From contig NC_092394.1 of assembly GCF_030028105.1 (NCBI RefSeq), positions 13,927,939 to 13,991,938 of the forward strand: a stretch of 64,000 nt of DNA, given 5' to 3'. Under the pieces are notes generated by a model. It was not told the DNA's origin, did not search any database, and was given only the letters and a program-made list of their open reading frames with translations. The translations under genes were made by a program, and so were the position numbers. The DNA is from Mobula birostris (lineage: Eukaryota). Positions 1 to 13,659 of the stretch are shown here, one piece after another (positions within the stretch are counted from its first letter, which is position 1; each line of letters begins with the position of its first letter).

Positions 1-530
1 GCTGTTTTAATAATGTGTGATAAATGAATGAATTGTGTGGTGCTGTCACAGCCGTTTGATACCAGATAAGTGTACTGTATCTTGGGTTTTCCTAAGAGAT
101 AACTTTTGCCATGCACTTAAACCTTATTCTGCCATCCCATACCTGTACCTACTCCTCCCTCACATGCACAACCTCATTAACATTTAATGGTGTTGATTAC
201 TAACCTGTAAGATGCACTTAAATGTTTTTTCTGTGGAAGCTTGGTATTCAAAGTAAAGAATGTCCTAGGATTTGAGGGGGCGGTGAAGTACTTGACAAGA
301 TCAGTATGGAGAGAATGTTTCTTGTGGGAAAATTTTAATTTATGGGTGCTGTTTAAAAATGAAGGGTTGTCCAAGATTAAAATTTCCATAGATTGATTGT
401 CTTTGGGCCTCTTCATCAAAGCAGTGGAAGTAGAGTTTTTAAATATTTTTAAGGCAGAGGTGGGTACTTGATAAGCAAGGAGTGAATAGTCACTCTGGGT
501 ATTGGGAATGTGGAGTTGAGGTTACAACTA

Positions 531-1010
531 CATACAGTTCTGGTCACCAGGATGCTGCCTGGTTTGGAGGGCATGGGCTATCACAAGAGGCTGGATAAAC
601 TTGGGTTGTTTTCTCTGGAGCATCGGGGCTGAGGGAAGATTTGGTAGAGGTTTACAAGATTATGAAAGGCATAGATAGTGGACAAAGAGTATCTGTTTTC
701 CAGGGTTGAAATATCACATACCAGAGGGTATGCATTGAGTGTAAGATGGGGTAGATTCAAGGGGTACGTTTTTTACTCAGTGGTGGATGCCTGGACTTTG
801 CTGCCTGGTACGGTGGGAGAGGCAAATACATTAGAGGCTTTTAAGAGATGTTTGGATAGGCACATGGATGTGAGGAAGATGGAGGGATATGGACGTTGTA
901 TAGGCAGGAGGGATTAGTGTTTGGGTGTTTTTGATTTGCTTTTTAGCTGCGTCAGAACAACATGTATCAAATGCCCTGTTCTGACGCTGTACTCTTCAAT
1001 GTTCTATGTT
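531..1010 (+). mobile_element. CR1-type LINE 3' remnant
   Basis: QFWSP..LPGL..GLFSLE..RLR.DL.EV.KIMKG.D-like sequence with frameshifts; ttctatgt tail. Confidence 0.75.
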
Positions 1011-4000
1011 GTATATCAGCCACAATCTCATTTAGTGGCAGAAGAGAGGATGTGTGGCCTACTGCTAACTTGTAAATGTGTCATGGGTAATCCATTCAAA
1101 TTACAGCTGATCTATGCCTCCATTTATCTACCTTCAGCCCATATCTTTGGAGAACCATTGTCCAAGGTCTTGTCCCAGAATAATATTTGGAAGAATATAG
1201 TTCCAAAATGTTGTTACCTTTATCTAAAAGTTTATTTTATATAAAACTGTATTGTAAACTACTTGTGTACCTTATCTGGCAGCAGTTTTGTTATATTTCT
1301 CTTAACATGTTAAAGATTTGACATTATAAACTGAAGAAAATACAAACCAAGTTTAACCAACCCTTTTTATTCTTAGTAGGTTTTATCCTGAAGTCAGGTG
1401 AGTAAAGAGTCAAACTTATGAGTTGAAAGTAATTTTTGTTTTTACTTGGAAGGAAACAAACTCAGAAATTAAAACGTATAGCCCTTGATTCTATTAGTAT
1501 CTAAAGATTAAACTGTCTTGAATATACCCAGTGACTGGGCATCCACAATCCTTGGGCTTGAGAATTTCAAAGATTTACTTCTGAATAATGAAATGTCAAC
1601 TTGCTCCCGTTCAAAGTGGCTGATCCTTTGTCCTGAAGTTATGATTCTTGATCCAGACTTATCAATCTTACTAAATAATTTTTAGCAGCTATCTTGCAAG
1701 CCCTTCTCAGTTTCTTGTAAACTTTAATAAAATCACCCGTCATCTAAGTATAGACCAACTTGCACTCATAAGAAAATCCTTTTTAAATTACACAGCCTCA
1801 CAGCATAGAATGAAGCCATTCGGCCAATCCCACTGAAGAATTTGTCATTTTTCCTCATCTTTCCCTCATAGCATTGCAGATTTTGTTTCAAGTACCAAAC
1901 CAATTCTGATCCAAAAAAAGTCTTTGCATCGTCTCACCGGTTCTTTTGCTAAATGTATTAATTCTGTCTCTAGTTTTAGAGACCATAGACCCAATTATTT
2001 ATGCCCTGTTTGAAAATATATGTACGTAAACCTCTGGTCTTTTCAAAATTATATAATTTTTCTTTCCAAAATTCATCTCTACATTTTCTGTGTTCAACAT
2101 TCTGCCAGATGCCCATTTCACAAGTCTGCTCCCGAATGAAGTCTATTTTAATTTGTCGTCAGATAACCAAAACGTACAAGACTCGGCTGAAATCTACATA
2201 AACGAATGCCGGTTATGATTTTTATGTGGTTGGCTGTTCTGTGCTGAGTACGCCTGAAAATGTAAAAGCTAATTGAACCCCTGACTGTTTTGAGTGCTCA
2301 GCTTGCATATAGTGCTGACTGAACTATCAGCTAATGCTTGGATGGGGTTATTTTTGCATTCGCGCACTAAGTTTACAATTATTTAATGTATCATTTAGAA
2401 ACCAGAAGAATTTTTGTGACCTTAGAACATTCCCAAGTAGAATTTATGGCACAAAAAGAAAGCATTTACTCAATGTTTTCAATTGTTAAGAGGTTACTTG
2501 GAATATTTCCACTTCATAGGTACGTATAGCATTAAGAACAGCACAATTAGATGCTCAAAAACGATGCGGTTTTCGTATGTAAAAGGTTTGTTTTTGACGA
2601 CCTGTTGGACGTTATGTTCTTGGATCAGATGGTCTTTGGGTGGGAGGAAAGGCTCCCGAATTCGACTGTAAATATACGTTGTTGTCCCTTGTTGTTCACA
2701 CCTCTGCTTTTTCTGTAACCTCATTTGTGCTCCATAATTGTACACACCTGAAATCTGCCCTGTGTTCCTCGTTCTTAAAACGCAGCATTTTTATTTAGAC
2801 AAACAATAATGGCTTTGTGCACAGAATATTCCCGGAAAGAGCAAGTGAGATAAGCAACCAGCTATTGTGCGTGTCAAGTTCCTGCTCTTCTAATGGAGAC
2901 AGGATCAGAGTCTGATTAAAGTCCCATGGGGGACGGGACGTCCTCTGTTTTAGCATTCTACACAGCACTATTCATTCAAATCCCAAAGCAGTATATCATT
3001 CAAATCCCTTACATTGAATTTCCAAATTGCTGTTCCCTTGGTGCTGTGAGGGAAGAAAGCGGAGAACTTTAGTACATACTCCATTAACCAACTAAATAGT
3101 ATTAATGATGCCTCAAATCTGCTGACTCGGCCTTAAACCGGTTTATGTGATTTACGAAGGGATTAGTGATACTCCTGCCTTTATCGTGAGTAGACATAAT
3201 AACGAAGGAAGCCATTCAGCCCATCGAGTCTACCCCAACGAGGAGCTATTTAGTCAGACTCATTCCCTTATTCAAAACCTGAAGAGCCTCTCCTTCGATG
3301 TTTAATTCTCTTGAGCACAACCCCTGTAATCGTTTAACGCCCTCTTCTCCCCGCCTCCGGTATCTGTATGCCCAAAGCATCTATTTACCCCATCTAATCC
3401 TGTGGTGATGTAGTACACCCCCGTCACATTTCCAACTCCGTTACCCCCAAGGGATAACAGCTCAGCTTCTGCATTTTTGGTCTCCCTCATCGCTGGAACC
3501 ACGAGGGAGGTCAAAATGAAGAAACGGAGACCGTTAGCTTTAGGGCAATCAAGGCTGAGATTTGATGGCGGTATTCTGTGTTGCCATGTGGGCAAATATT
3601 TCGCCAAAACATGAATTGGCTCTGCTGTGCGTTCCTTGAATGCTACACAAGTGAATTCGAAGCCAAACTATGTTAAACGAATCAAATGCCGAGGAGCGAG
3701 CAATCTTGTCACGACACAGATACCAGCTTGATCTGGTAACGGATTATCAATAGTATATCTTATTAATTCTAATGAAAAATGCTGACATACCCTGTGACCT
3801 AATCAACTGCTGTTGAAATCAATGCCCTTTCCCACATTAATTTGCTGTGAATACATCCTGAAAGCAAAATACTTAAAAATTATTTAAATAATTGGTTGAC
3901 GTAGAATGAAGGGTCCTGGTGAAGGGCCTCGATCCGAAACGTCCACTGTTTATTTTTTTACCATACATGCTGCCTGACCTGCTGAGTTCCCCCGGCATTT

Positions 4001-5503
4001 TGTATGTATACGTCTGGATTTCCCGTATCTGCAAAACTTCTTGTGCTTCACACAGAATGGTCGCATGCTGGATCAAATAGAAATTAATCAAGTTGTTAAA
4101 GCCAATCTGATGAAATAGAAATAAGCAAATTACTGAAAATTTATGCGGAGCAATGATGTGCGTATTGAGAGAGATGGGATTGGTGGCAGTGCTCGTATCA
4201 GTGAATCCTATTTTAATATATGTTAACCCGGGTACAAGTATTATGTCAAATTGAAGAGACCCATTTCGAATCACTGCTTGATTCGGTTTGTCGATCCCCT
4301 CCCCCCGATGGCCTCCAGTGGCCGTCGTTTTCAGCTCTGCGTTTCAAAGAAGAAACGAGTGAGACCAAAAAAAAACCGAGTTCCTGCCGACTTTTTGAAC
4401 TTGATCCTTGAGTCAGGAGTTTCGAAGCGAGTTGAAAAGAAATTTACCGAGTTGTTTGTGTTTGAACTGCAGTTGATTTTCAGCAGGAACGTGCGAACTA
4501 GTTTCCTTTCCCCGACATGGCGAAATTCAGTGCCATCTTGCTGACCACAGAAATTATCCTCTTCCTGCACCTCACGCCGCTACAGATGATAGGGAAGTTC
4601 ACTGATACTGGGTGAAGAGTTTGATTAACCATTTGCTCATACATTTTACTTCCTCCAAAAAGAATATCGGAAATCATCAGTTATTAATTAAACTGAAATT
4701 AGGGAAATTAATATTAATTTATAATGTTCAGACAGCATCTATGAGAAACGGTATTGATGTTTCGGGTTCCTGACCTTTCGAGAAACGTTTTGCATGGAAG
4801 CGGATCGTTTTTAAAAATTGATTCATGATTAGCTCATAAAACTGATCATATTTCATAAATGTGAAAGTTAACTAGTAGTTCAACTGGTTGTGAAACGATT
4901 ATCTTAATGTCTTGGATCCGTTTAATGATCTATGTTACAGCTTTCAGGAAATAAAAGGAATGGGCGGGCAAACGATTCGTTCAATATGCCAAATGAGCTG
5001 AAGCAATATTGGTACTGGAACACATCATACACCCCCGTAGCTCATTAATCAATAGGGTACACATAAATCCGGAAGCGCCCTTATTAATAGTGAAGCCCCG
5101 TTAAGCTTGCAGGCTAGGTTCAATTTTCAGACTTGTAGACTATTAGTCCTTCGATATGATAGAATAAAACGCTGACTTGCCGAGTTCCCCCAGCATGTGC
5201 GTGTTACTGAATAAAATGTTTGTCTCTCAAGCTGGTTCTTTTTAATGCGCAGTTTTGTTTAATAACCCGTACTGGTGTCCCATTACAAGGCCGGCTGATT
5301 TCTTTAAACTGCCGTATACGCTGCGCTGTAGCTTGGTTTGCACCTGTAATTGCAGGTTTGGATCATAAGGATGAAGGAGCACTTAATTATGTCTGGAGAC
5401 AGGCTGCTTGCGAGAGACGAGCTTGCGCTGTCAAAACGGCTAATGAGGCTTGTTAGCACAGGCTTTGGGAGAAAAGGCACCAGCACTGCTCCGTGTATTA
5501 TGC

Positions 5504-5517
5504 GTGCCCTCTGCTGG
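5504..5517 (-). promoter_or_regulatory. Candidate CTCF site
   Basis: Reverse strand reads CCAGCAGAGGGCAC, a 14/14 match to the CCASYAGRKGGCRS core. Confidence 0.55.
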
Positions 5518-5555
5518 AAGACTTGAAATAAGTTTTGGACAACACACAGAAAACA

Positions 5556-6900
5556 GGTTTATTTATCACCGGCATGTGCCGTGAAATTTGTTAACTTAAC
5601 ATCAGCAGTTCAATGCAATACATAATATAGAAGAGAAAAATAATAATAAATAAAAATAATAATAAATAAGTATATCAATTACATTATGAATAGATTTTAA
5701 AAACGTGCAAAAAAACAGAAATACTGTATATTTAAAAAGTGAGGTAGTGTCCACGGGTTCAATATCCATTTAGGAATCGGATGGCAGAGGGAAAAAAGCT
5801 GTTCCTGAATCACTGAGTGTGTGCTTTCAGGCTTCTGTACCTCCTACCTGATGGTAACAGTGAGAAAAAGGCATGCCCTGGGTGCAGGGGGTCCATAACA
5901 ATGGACGCTGCCTTTCTGCAACACCGCTCCCTAAAGATGTCCTGGGTACTTTGTAGGCTAGTGCCCAAGATGGAGCTGACTAGATTTACAACCGTCTGCA
6001 GCCTCTTTCGGCCCTGTGCAGTAGCCCCTCCATACCAGGCAGTGATGCAGCCTGTCAGAATGCTCTCCACGGTACATCTATAGAAGTTTTTGAATGTTTT
6101 TGTTGACATGCCAAATCTCTTCAGACTCCTAATGAAGTATAGCTGTCGTCTTGCCTTCTTTATAACTAGGTCGATAAGTTGGGACCAGGTTAGATCCTCA
6201 GAGATCTTGACACAGAGGAACTTGAAACTGCTCACTCTTTCCACTTCTGATCCCTCTGTGAAGATTGGTATGTGTTCCTTTGTCTTACCCTTCCTGAAGT
6301 CCACAATCAGCTTTCATCTTACTGACTTTGAGTGCCAGATTGTTGCCTAGCCACACAGTCATGTGTATATAGAGAGCAGAGCAGTGGGCTAAGCACACAC
6401 CCCTGATGTGTGCCAGTGTTGATTGTCAGCGAGGAGATATGTTATCATTAATCCGCACAGATTGTGGTCTTCCGGTTAGGAAGTCGAGGATCCAATTACA
6501 GAGGGAGGTACAGAGGCCCAAGTTCTGTAACTTCTCAGTCAGGATTGTGGGAATGATGGTATTAAATGCTGAGCTATAGTCGATGAACAGCATCCTGACA
6601 TAGGTGTTTGTGTTGTCCAGGTGGTCTAAAGCCGGGTGGAGAGCCATTGAGATTGTGTCTGCCATTGACCTAATGTGGTGATAGGCAAATTGCAGTGGGT
6701 CCAGGTCCTTGCTGAGGCAGGAGTTCAGTCTAGTTATGACCAACCTCTCAAAGCATTTCATCACTGTCAATGTGAGTGCTACCAGGCGATAGTCATTAAG
6801 GCAGCCCACATTATTCTTCTTAGGCACTGGTATAATTATTGACTTTTTGAAACAAGTGGGAACTTCTACCCATAGCAGTGAGAAGTTGAAAATGTCCTTG
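5556..6900 (-). mobile_element. Rex1/Babar-type non-LTR retrotransposon, 5'-truncated with internal deletion
   Basis: [41 protein letters not shown] and C-terminal NFYRCTVESILTGCITAWYG...LLPSGRRYRS motifs; family 3' tail near 5560-5760. Confidence 0.9.
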
Positions 6901-9900
6901 AAATATCAAAGAAACTCAGCAGGTCAAACAGCATCTATAAATATTACCCCCCCCACACACACACCATAGGTGTTGCCTGACCTGCTAAGGCCCTCCAGAA
7001 TTTGGTGTGCATTACTCAAGACTTCCAGCATCTGCAGAACCCCTTGTGTCTATGATCTGCCAGGCAATCTGGTAAACTGCCCAGATATTCACAAGTAGAG
7101 CAATTCCAAACGGCTGATTACTACCCAATCATTCTACTCTCAATGAATAAGCAATGGAAACTGTCAGCAACTGTACCACAAAGAGACTCCTTCCTACCAC
7201 CTTACAGAACATAGAATATCACAACACAGTACAGGCCCTTGTGTCAACCTTTAAACCTACTCCACGATCAACCTAACCCTACTGTCCTACATACCCCAAA
7301 ACCCTCCATTTTAGTTTTATCCATGTGCCTATCCAAGAATTTCTTAAATAAGCCTAATGTATCTGCCTCTACCAGCAGGCCTAGCAGGGCGTTCCAATCA
7401 CTCACCACTCTGTGTGCGGGGAAAGAAACTTACCTCTGACAACCCCCATATACTTCAATCACCTTAAAAGTATGTCCTGAGAAAAAGTCTCTGACTATCC
7501 ACTCAAATGCCTCTTGTCATCTCGTACACCTCCATCAACCATGACCTACCAACTGATGCCCGGTTTGGGTTTCTTCAAACTTTCTCTAAACAATGAACCG
7601 AGGGGCTAACCTCCAGAGTTGAGGAGACAGTGACTGCTATTGACAACAAGCCAATATTTTACCGAGTGTGATGAAAGGTAGCCCTGGTCTCTAGTGACCA
7701 ACCATCTTCCCCTGCTTCATTGGTAGCTTTTAGTCACACAGTCAGCAGTGGGACATTCAAAATGTTCACTTCTGCAATTCCTCAGTGAATGAACCAGCCC
7801 ATGCCAGTATGTGTTGAGACTGGACGACATCCAGGACTGGGCCAAGTTAAATGCACACCACTAAAGATCCATGCTGAACATCTCCAGCAAGAGAGAGCCT
7901 AACCACCCACATTTTACATTCAGTGTCATTGCTTCAGCTGCATATCCCACCATCATCATTGACCAGAAACTCAAATGGTCACTCTAGGAACCCCAAAATC
8001 TTTCCACCATCTACAAGGCAGGAGCATGCTGGAATACAAATGAAAGGCTTCCTGAACCCCAACGCCTTTCCACCATCTTACAAGGTACAAGTCAGGAGCA
8101 CGATGGAACATTCTCCGTCTGCATGAGTAAGCGCTGTTTGCTCAGCTCTTCAAGTCAGCATCATTCAGGACCAAGCACACGACTTGATTTGCACACGGTG
8201 GCTACAGTGTGCACCATCTGCAAGATGTAGTGTGGTTACTTGCCCAGTGACCTTCCAAAACCACAACGTCTACCAACAAGAAATAAAAAGTTGGTAAGTA
8301 CATGACCTTGCATGTCCTCCTCCAATGCTCTTACTTGCCCGATCGCCTGCCAACCCCACAATGACTACCAACAAGAACTAAAAGGTTGGCAAGTACCAGA
8401 CTAATAAACCAGGTACCTTATACAATTGCCTATATTTAGGACTACCTGCCAATTAAATTATACATTGCTATAGAGTTGTGGCTATAATCAACTACACTTT
8501 GTGGCTTTTGATATTAAAACTGAGCACTCAACTATATATATTTAATTGTCCTTAAAATGATTAGTTATGGAACCAGACATTGGAGTTTTATAAACTGAAG
8601 AGATCAGAGCTGAGAACTTGTGTACAGTGCGTATCATTAATGTTCTTTAAATTGTATGGGTGATTCATCCAGTTTCTTCAATAGGAAACCTAAGTGTTTA
8701 ATCAGAGTATTTATTGAAACATTGTGTTGGTCATTGAGCTCAGGGCAGAGTTGAGCATGCATCCATGCTCATGGTAATTAGTGGATTGCATGACAAAGAA
8801 ATGCAATTTAATCAGAGCCTGTTTTCTAAAGGTTTTTATGCCTAGAATACATCAGTATTCTAGATGTAGTCTGACCATTGCTTTATAAAATCTATTACAT
8901 CTTGCTTTTGTATTCTAGTCCTCTCAAAATGAATGCTAACATTGCATCTGCCTTCCTTAACCTTTAGGGAACCCTACAACATCACCATTATGCGCCACGC
9001 TGTATCACGTGGGCAATCATGCCTTATGACCATGATTGTTCAGGGTAAACTTTTCTACAGAAGTGGTTTGCCATTGATTTTTTCTGGGCAGTGTCTTTAC
9101 AAGACAGGTAACCCCAGCCATTATCAATACTCCTCAGGGATACCCAGTGTCAGTAGTCACATAACCAAGACTTGTGATATGTACTAGCTGCTCATACTGT
9201 CAGTCATACTGTCATAACTGGAGTTATGGTATATAGCAAATACTAATTTCAACAGCAGCCAGTCTTCAGACCTGAATGTGGATTGTAGATTGTTCAGAGC
9301 TGCACTTTAAATTCAATGATATTCCTGGAGCTGCAGTTTGGGATTGACTGCAAACAAATAAACACTCTATTTGAACTCAGGTGCCTGTATGTGCATGAAT
9401 GCAGCCCACAGTCAGTGGGAATTGACATTCATTTTGGGTGGTTGGAACGTAGGTGTGAAGATGGAGGAATCTGAAAATTATATGTAATTCAAAGGAAGCA
9501 TTGTAGATACATAGTAACTATAGAATTGTCCTGCTGTTACTTTTACTACTACTACTACATAGTACCTTTGATCTTTAGCATATAAAAATATCATGTAATA
9601 TTGGGTCAGGCAGACCTCTTCTTCCAAAAATGTCTCAAGTGTGATGCCTACTGTTTGTTTTGCTGAATAACTTCTCTATCCGCTAGCATCATTGCCTCTC
9701 CAGTGACTTTGTTCAGTCACAAGCCATGGGAGCAGGTGGTGGATGGTTGTATTGTTGTGACTGTGAATAAAGTCACTGGGGAGGCACTGACGCTAGTGGA
9801 TTATAGAAGCATTTATTCAGCAAAGGTGAGGGGACTAATCAGGTGCTACACCTTTCCCAAGGGTGACCTGAAGGCTAGCCAAGGAAAGGAGTGCCTTACA

Positions 9901-10579
9901 CCTCCTTTAGTAGAGATGTATCTCCACCCCACCACCCAAATCCTACACCAGGACTCCCAAATCCCTTTGTACTTCAGATTTTTGTATTTGATTCTGAGAT
10001 TGTTTCTACCTGCAGTGAATGCTGCAAGTCTGGAAGAAAGTCAGTAAAGAACAGACAGGAGTGGAAAAATCACAGCAATGTTCTGTTGGAATAGAACAGT
10101 ACAGCATCAGGAACAGGCATCTCACCCCACAACGTCTATGCCAACAAATCTGCCTGCACATGATCTGCATCCCAGCATTGCCTCCCAGTTCATTCACCTG
10201 TCTACATACCTGTTAATCACTGCTATCTTATCAAAGAATGGCTCTCTGAAGAGAGGTCAAGGCCAGAAAGAGCAGTCTAGACAGATTATAGACAGGGGGG
10301 AAAGGGTTTGCAGTCTTGAGATAGAGAAATGGGCACGGAGGCGGCAGAAGAAAGGAACAACGTCAGATCGGGGCTCAGATGGGGTTAGGGCAATTCGGAG
10401 TGATCAATGCTGAACTTGACAGTGAAGCCCAGATATCCGGCAATGAACTGGGAAATGAGCGGCCACGGAGTCGCCTTGTGAGTGGAAGGACAGGCTGATC
10501 CCGATGTGCGGCGAAGACCTGGTGAAACATTCCCCGAAGACGAGGGTAACAACAGGTACTGATCCAGCATTAGTTGGTC

Positions 10580-10709
10580 CGTCCGCAGTGAGGGGGCTGC
10601 CGGCGCCGGATCCGGCTCCGGCTCCGGCTCCGCCTCCGCCCCGCCCTGCCTCCAATCGCCTGAGCCCGGGATGAGGCCACTCAGCCGCGGTCCCACCCCC
10701 GACAACGGC
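10580..10709 (+). promoter_or_regulatory. TMEM97 CpG-island promoter / 5' UTR
   Basis: CpG-dense; (CCGGCT)n run merging into GC boxes (CCCCGCCC); CCAAT near 10652; immediately upstream of the ATG. Confidence 0.75.
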
Positions 10710-10829
10710 ATGGCTTCCCCTGGGCGGCTGCTCGAGCGCATCTTCTGCTTCTACTTCGTCACTCACATCCCCATCACCCTGGCTGTCGACCTGCAGGCCC
10801 TGTTACCCCGCTGGATGTTCCCGGCTGCG
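10710..10829 (+). CDS. TMEM97: TMEM97 (sigma-2 receptor, EXPERA domain) coding exon 1
   Basis: ATG at 10710 in a CpG island; MASPGRLLERIFCFYFVTHIPITLAVDLQALLPRWMFPAA matches vertebrate TMEM97 (HIPITL..DLQA); GTGAGT donor at 10830, phase 0. Not in the ORF track. Confidence 0.95.
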
Positions 10830-11009
10830 GTGAGTCCCTGACACCGGCCTCCGGCCATGTCCCCGCTCGCTCCGGGATCACGGGCTCTTTGTCGGGATGG
10901 TGGTCCGGAGGATCGATGTACCTCATCCCTCGTCCTCCCGGACCGCTTTCCCCGTGCCGACTTTTATCGGAAAGCTTTGTTTTATCCTGGTGTCTATGAC
11001 AGGATTCTC

Positions 11010-11509
11010 GGACCGGTGCCAATGGGAGGGTTTTCATTGGACAGATTTCAATGGGAGGATTTTCATTGGACCGGTGTCTGTGGGAAGGTTTTCATTGGAC
11101 CGGCTTCTATGGGAGGGTTTTCATTGGACCGGTGTCAGTGGGAGGGTTTTCATTGGACCGGTGTCTGTGGGAGGGTTTTCATTGGACCGGTGTCTGTGGG
11201 AGGGTTTTCATTGGACCGGTGTCTGTGGAGGGTTTTCATTGGACCGGTGTCTGTGGGAGGGTTTTCATTGGACCGGTGTCTGTGGGAGGGTTTTCATTGG
11301 ACCGGTGTCTGTGGGAGGGTTTTCATTGGACCGGTGTCTGTGATAGGGTTTTCATTGGACCGGTGTCTGTGATAGGGTTTTCATTGGACCGGTGTCTGTG
11401 GGAGGGTTTTCATTGGACCGGTGTCTGTGGTAGGGTTTTCATTGGACCGATGTCTGAGGGAGGGTTTTCATTGGACCGGTGTCTGTGGGAGGGTTTCCGT
11501 TGGATCGGT
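11010..11509 (+). repeat. 29-bp minisatellite, about 17 copies, TMEM97 intron 1
   Basis: Unit GGACCGGTGTCTGTGGGAGGGTTTTCATT in head-to-tail copies, homogeneous in the centre and degenerate at the ends. Confidence 0.97.
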
Positions 11510-11512
11510 TCA

Positions 11513-12170
11513 ATACACACAATGTACTGGAGGAGCTCAGCAGGTTAAGCTGATCTTGGATGGGAGTAAACAGTTGAAGTTTCAGGCCAAAGCCCCTAAC
11601 CAGTTTCTTTGGAAGGGTTGTCATTGGGCACCCACACAAAATGTTGAAAGAGTTCAGCAGGCCAGGCAGTATCTATGGGGAGAAATGATCAGATGACATT
11701 TCCAGCAAATGTACCCTATCCAAGATCCACAGACCTAACTGCCTCAGTAGATCCATTGTTTCTATTGCTCCTGTCCCACTGAATGCATCAATTCCAGTTT
11801 GGTTCAGTCTCTTCCCACCTACATCCATGACGTCTCACATGATGCCCATAACTTCAAAGGCTCTTGAGTTCCCTGGCCCTGACCTCCTTATTTTTACCTT
11901 GGACATCCAGTCCCTGTACACTTGCAACCTCTATTTAAAAAGGCCTTTAAGGCCTCCGCTCCTTTCTTGACACCAGACCTAATCAGTTCCCTCAACTCCA
12001 CACTTCTCTGTCTGGTAGAACTGGTCCTCAACCTCAACAACTGCTCTTTCGCCTCCTCCCAGTTTCTAACAGAAGTGTCCTGATGAAGTCTGAGACATCA
12101 TCTGTTGATTTCCCTCCATACACGTCGCCTGAACTACTGAGTTCCTCCAGCATTTTGTGTGCATTGCTCA
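11513..12170 (+). mobile_element. Penelope-like element fragment
   Basis: Degenerate RT segment (IFTLDIQSLYT...ELVLNLNN) at 11.8-12.07 kb with antisense terminal-repeat pieces upstream and a sense one downstream. Confidence 0.7.
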
Positions 12171-12945
12171 AGGTGGCTAGTATTAATGGAATCTGTTGTG
12201 TCAGAGTTTTCATTAGATTCGTTTCTGAGAGCCAGCTCCCTTTGGACCAGTTCTCGAGTTCATGGACCCCCCTGATCTTTGGAGCCTGCTGTTGTGTCCG
12301 TCCTGAGGATTAAACTACAAGACATAGGAGCAGATTAGGTGATTGGGCCCATAGTGTCCATTCCACCATGGCTGATTTATTATCCCTCCCAGCTCCATCT
12401 CCCTGCTTTCACCCTGTGATGTTTGATGCCTTACTAATCAAGAAACTATCAACCTCTGCTTTAAATATACCCAATGACTTGGACTGCACAGTCGTCTGTG
12501 GCAATGAATTCCACAGATCTCCGTCCAAGCTTTATTTTCCTGCCCCTCCCACACCCCATAGTCTCCAAGGAAGCCCCAAACTGCTTATTGAACAGTAAGG
12601 AAACCCAACTCAAAGCCAGGTAACTTCATTATCAACATTTTACAGTAGGCAAACAATTCAACCTAGTGGAATTCTGTTGGCCTAGTGAACCTATCATTTA
12701 AAGTCTGGTGAATAAACAAACTGATTAGGCGTATGGGAATCTGGCGGTCACTGTGAGTGTGACGCTGTTGTCCTACCGCTTGTAATGTACGTCATGTTCA
12801 ACTGGTCCGTGGTAGTAATGATTGTTGAACTTTGGTTTGTTTACGCTAAATATCGACCCAGTCACACTTTGGAAAAACTTTTGAGGCTGAAGAAACTTCT
12901 GCAAGTTTGGAATTTTTAAAAAAAATCTTACATTTCTTTCCCCAG

Positions 12946-13090
12946 TTGCAAGGCTTAGTAAAGTGGTATGCAGTTCAGTTCAGAGACCCGATGATGATGG
13001 ATCCACCAACATGGTTCAATACATTCATTCTTTGTGAAGCATTGCTACAGTTGCCTTTCTTTCCTGTTGCAGCTTATGCTTTCTACAAAG
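12946..13090 (+). CDS. TMEM97: TMEM97 coding exon 2
   Basis: Pyrimidine tract and CAG acceptor ending 12945; LQGLVKWYAVQFRDPMMMDPPTWFNTFILCEALLQLPFFPVAAYAFYK; GTCAGT donor at 13091; 145 nt, phase 1. Confidence 0.96.
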
Positions 13091-13659
13091 GTCAGTACAG
13101 TATCTATTTCTCTTTGTGCAACTCACTTGAGTTTTCATAGCCTACAGACTCACTTTCAAGGACTCTACAAATTCATGTTCTCAGTATTTTTTTTACAGTA
13201 CATATATCATTTTAATTTGCACAATTTGTCTCCTTTTGAACATTGGTTGTTTGTCAGTCTTTGTTTATGTATAATTTTTCATAAATGTGATTATATTTCT
13301 TTATTTTTCTCATGAATGCCTGCAAAAAAATGAATCTGAAAGTAATGTGACATGTATGACCTTTGATAATAAATTTACTTTGAACTCATTTGTAACTCAT
13401 AAACAGGATATCAGTTAGGATAATATCAATTTAGATTATCATCACAGCCACAACTTTTGCAGTAGTAAGATTGTTTTATTTTATACCAATTGAAAACATT
13501 GAACAATAAACCACTTTGGGTACCTTTATTGTTGCAGTAATTACTATTGTAATATGTTTCTTTGTCTTTTGATATAATACTCCCAGTGCATTTCCCTAAT
13601 TATAGAGAAGAAACAATTAGGAAGAAAATCCAGTTTGGCAAAAGAATAAATCAAGGAAG

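Noticed and set aside
3302-4570. ORFs of 63-133 aa in the CpG-retaining block
   Set aside because: No recognisable homology or consistent exon structure; one overlaps a Penelope terminal remnant.
8236-8400. Imperfect duplication with about 95-bp period, and short repeats near 26540-26650 and 34780-34830
   Set aside because: Local slippage-type duplications in decayed repeats with no functional signal.
10121-10130. CTCACCCCAC sterol-regulatory-element-like motif upstream of TMEM97
   Set aside because: It lies in what looks like an inverted LINE tail about 580 bp from the ATG; one near-match 10-mer is not enough.
10385-11037. Antisense ORFs over the TMEM97 promoter and exon 1
   Set aside because: Expected in GC-rich CpG islands; no recognisable domain.
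10857-11696. Overlapping 91-171 aa ORFs with 29-aa periodicity; also CRISPR-like look
   Set aside because: Products of a stop-free 29-bp minisatellite. There are no unique spacers or cas genes, and the DNA is a vertebrate intron.
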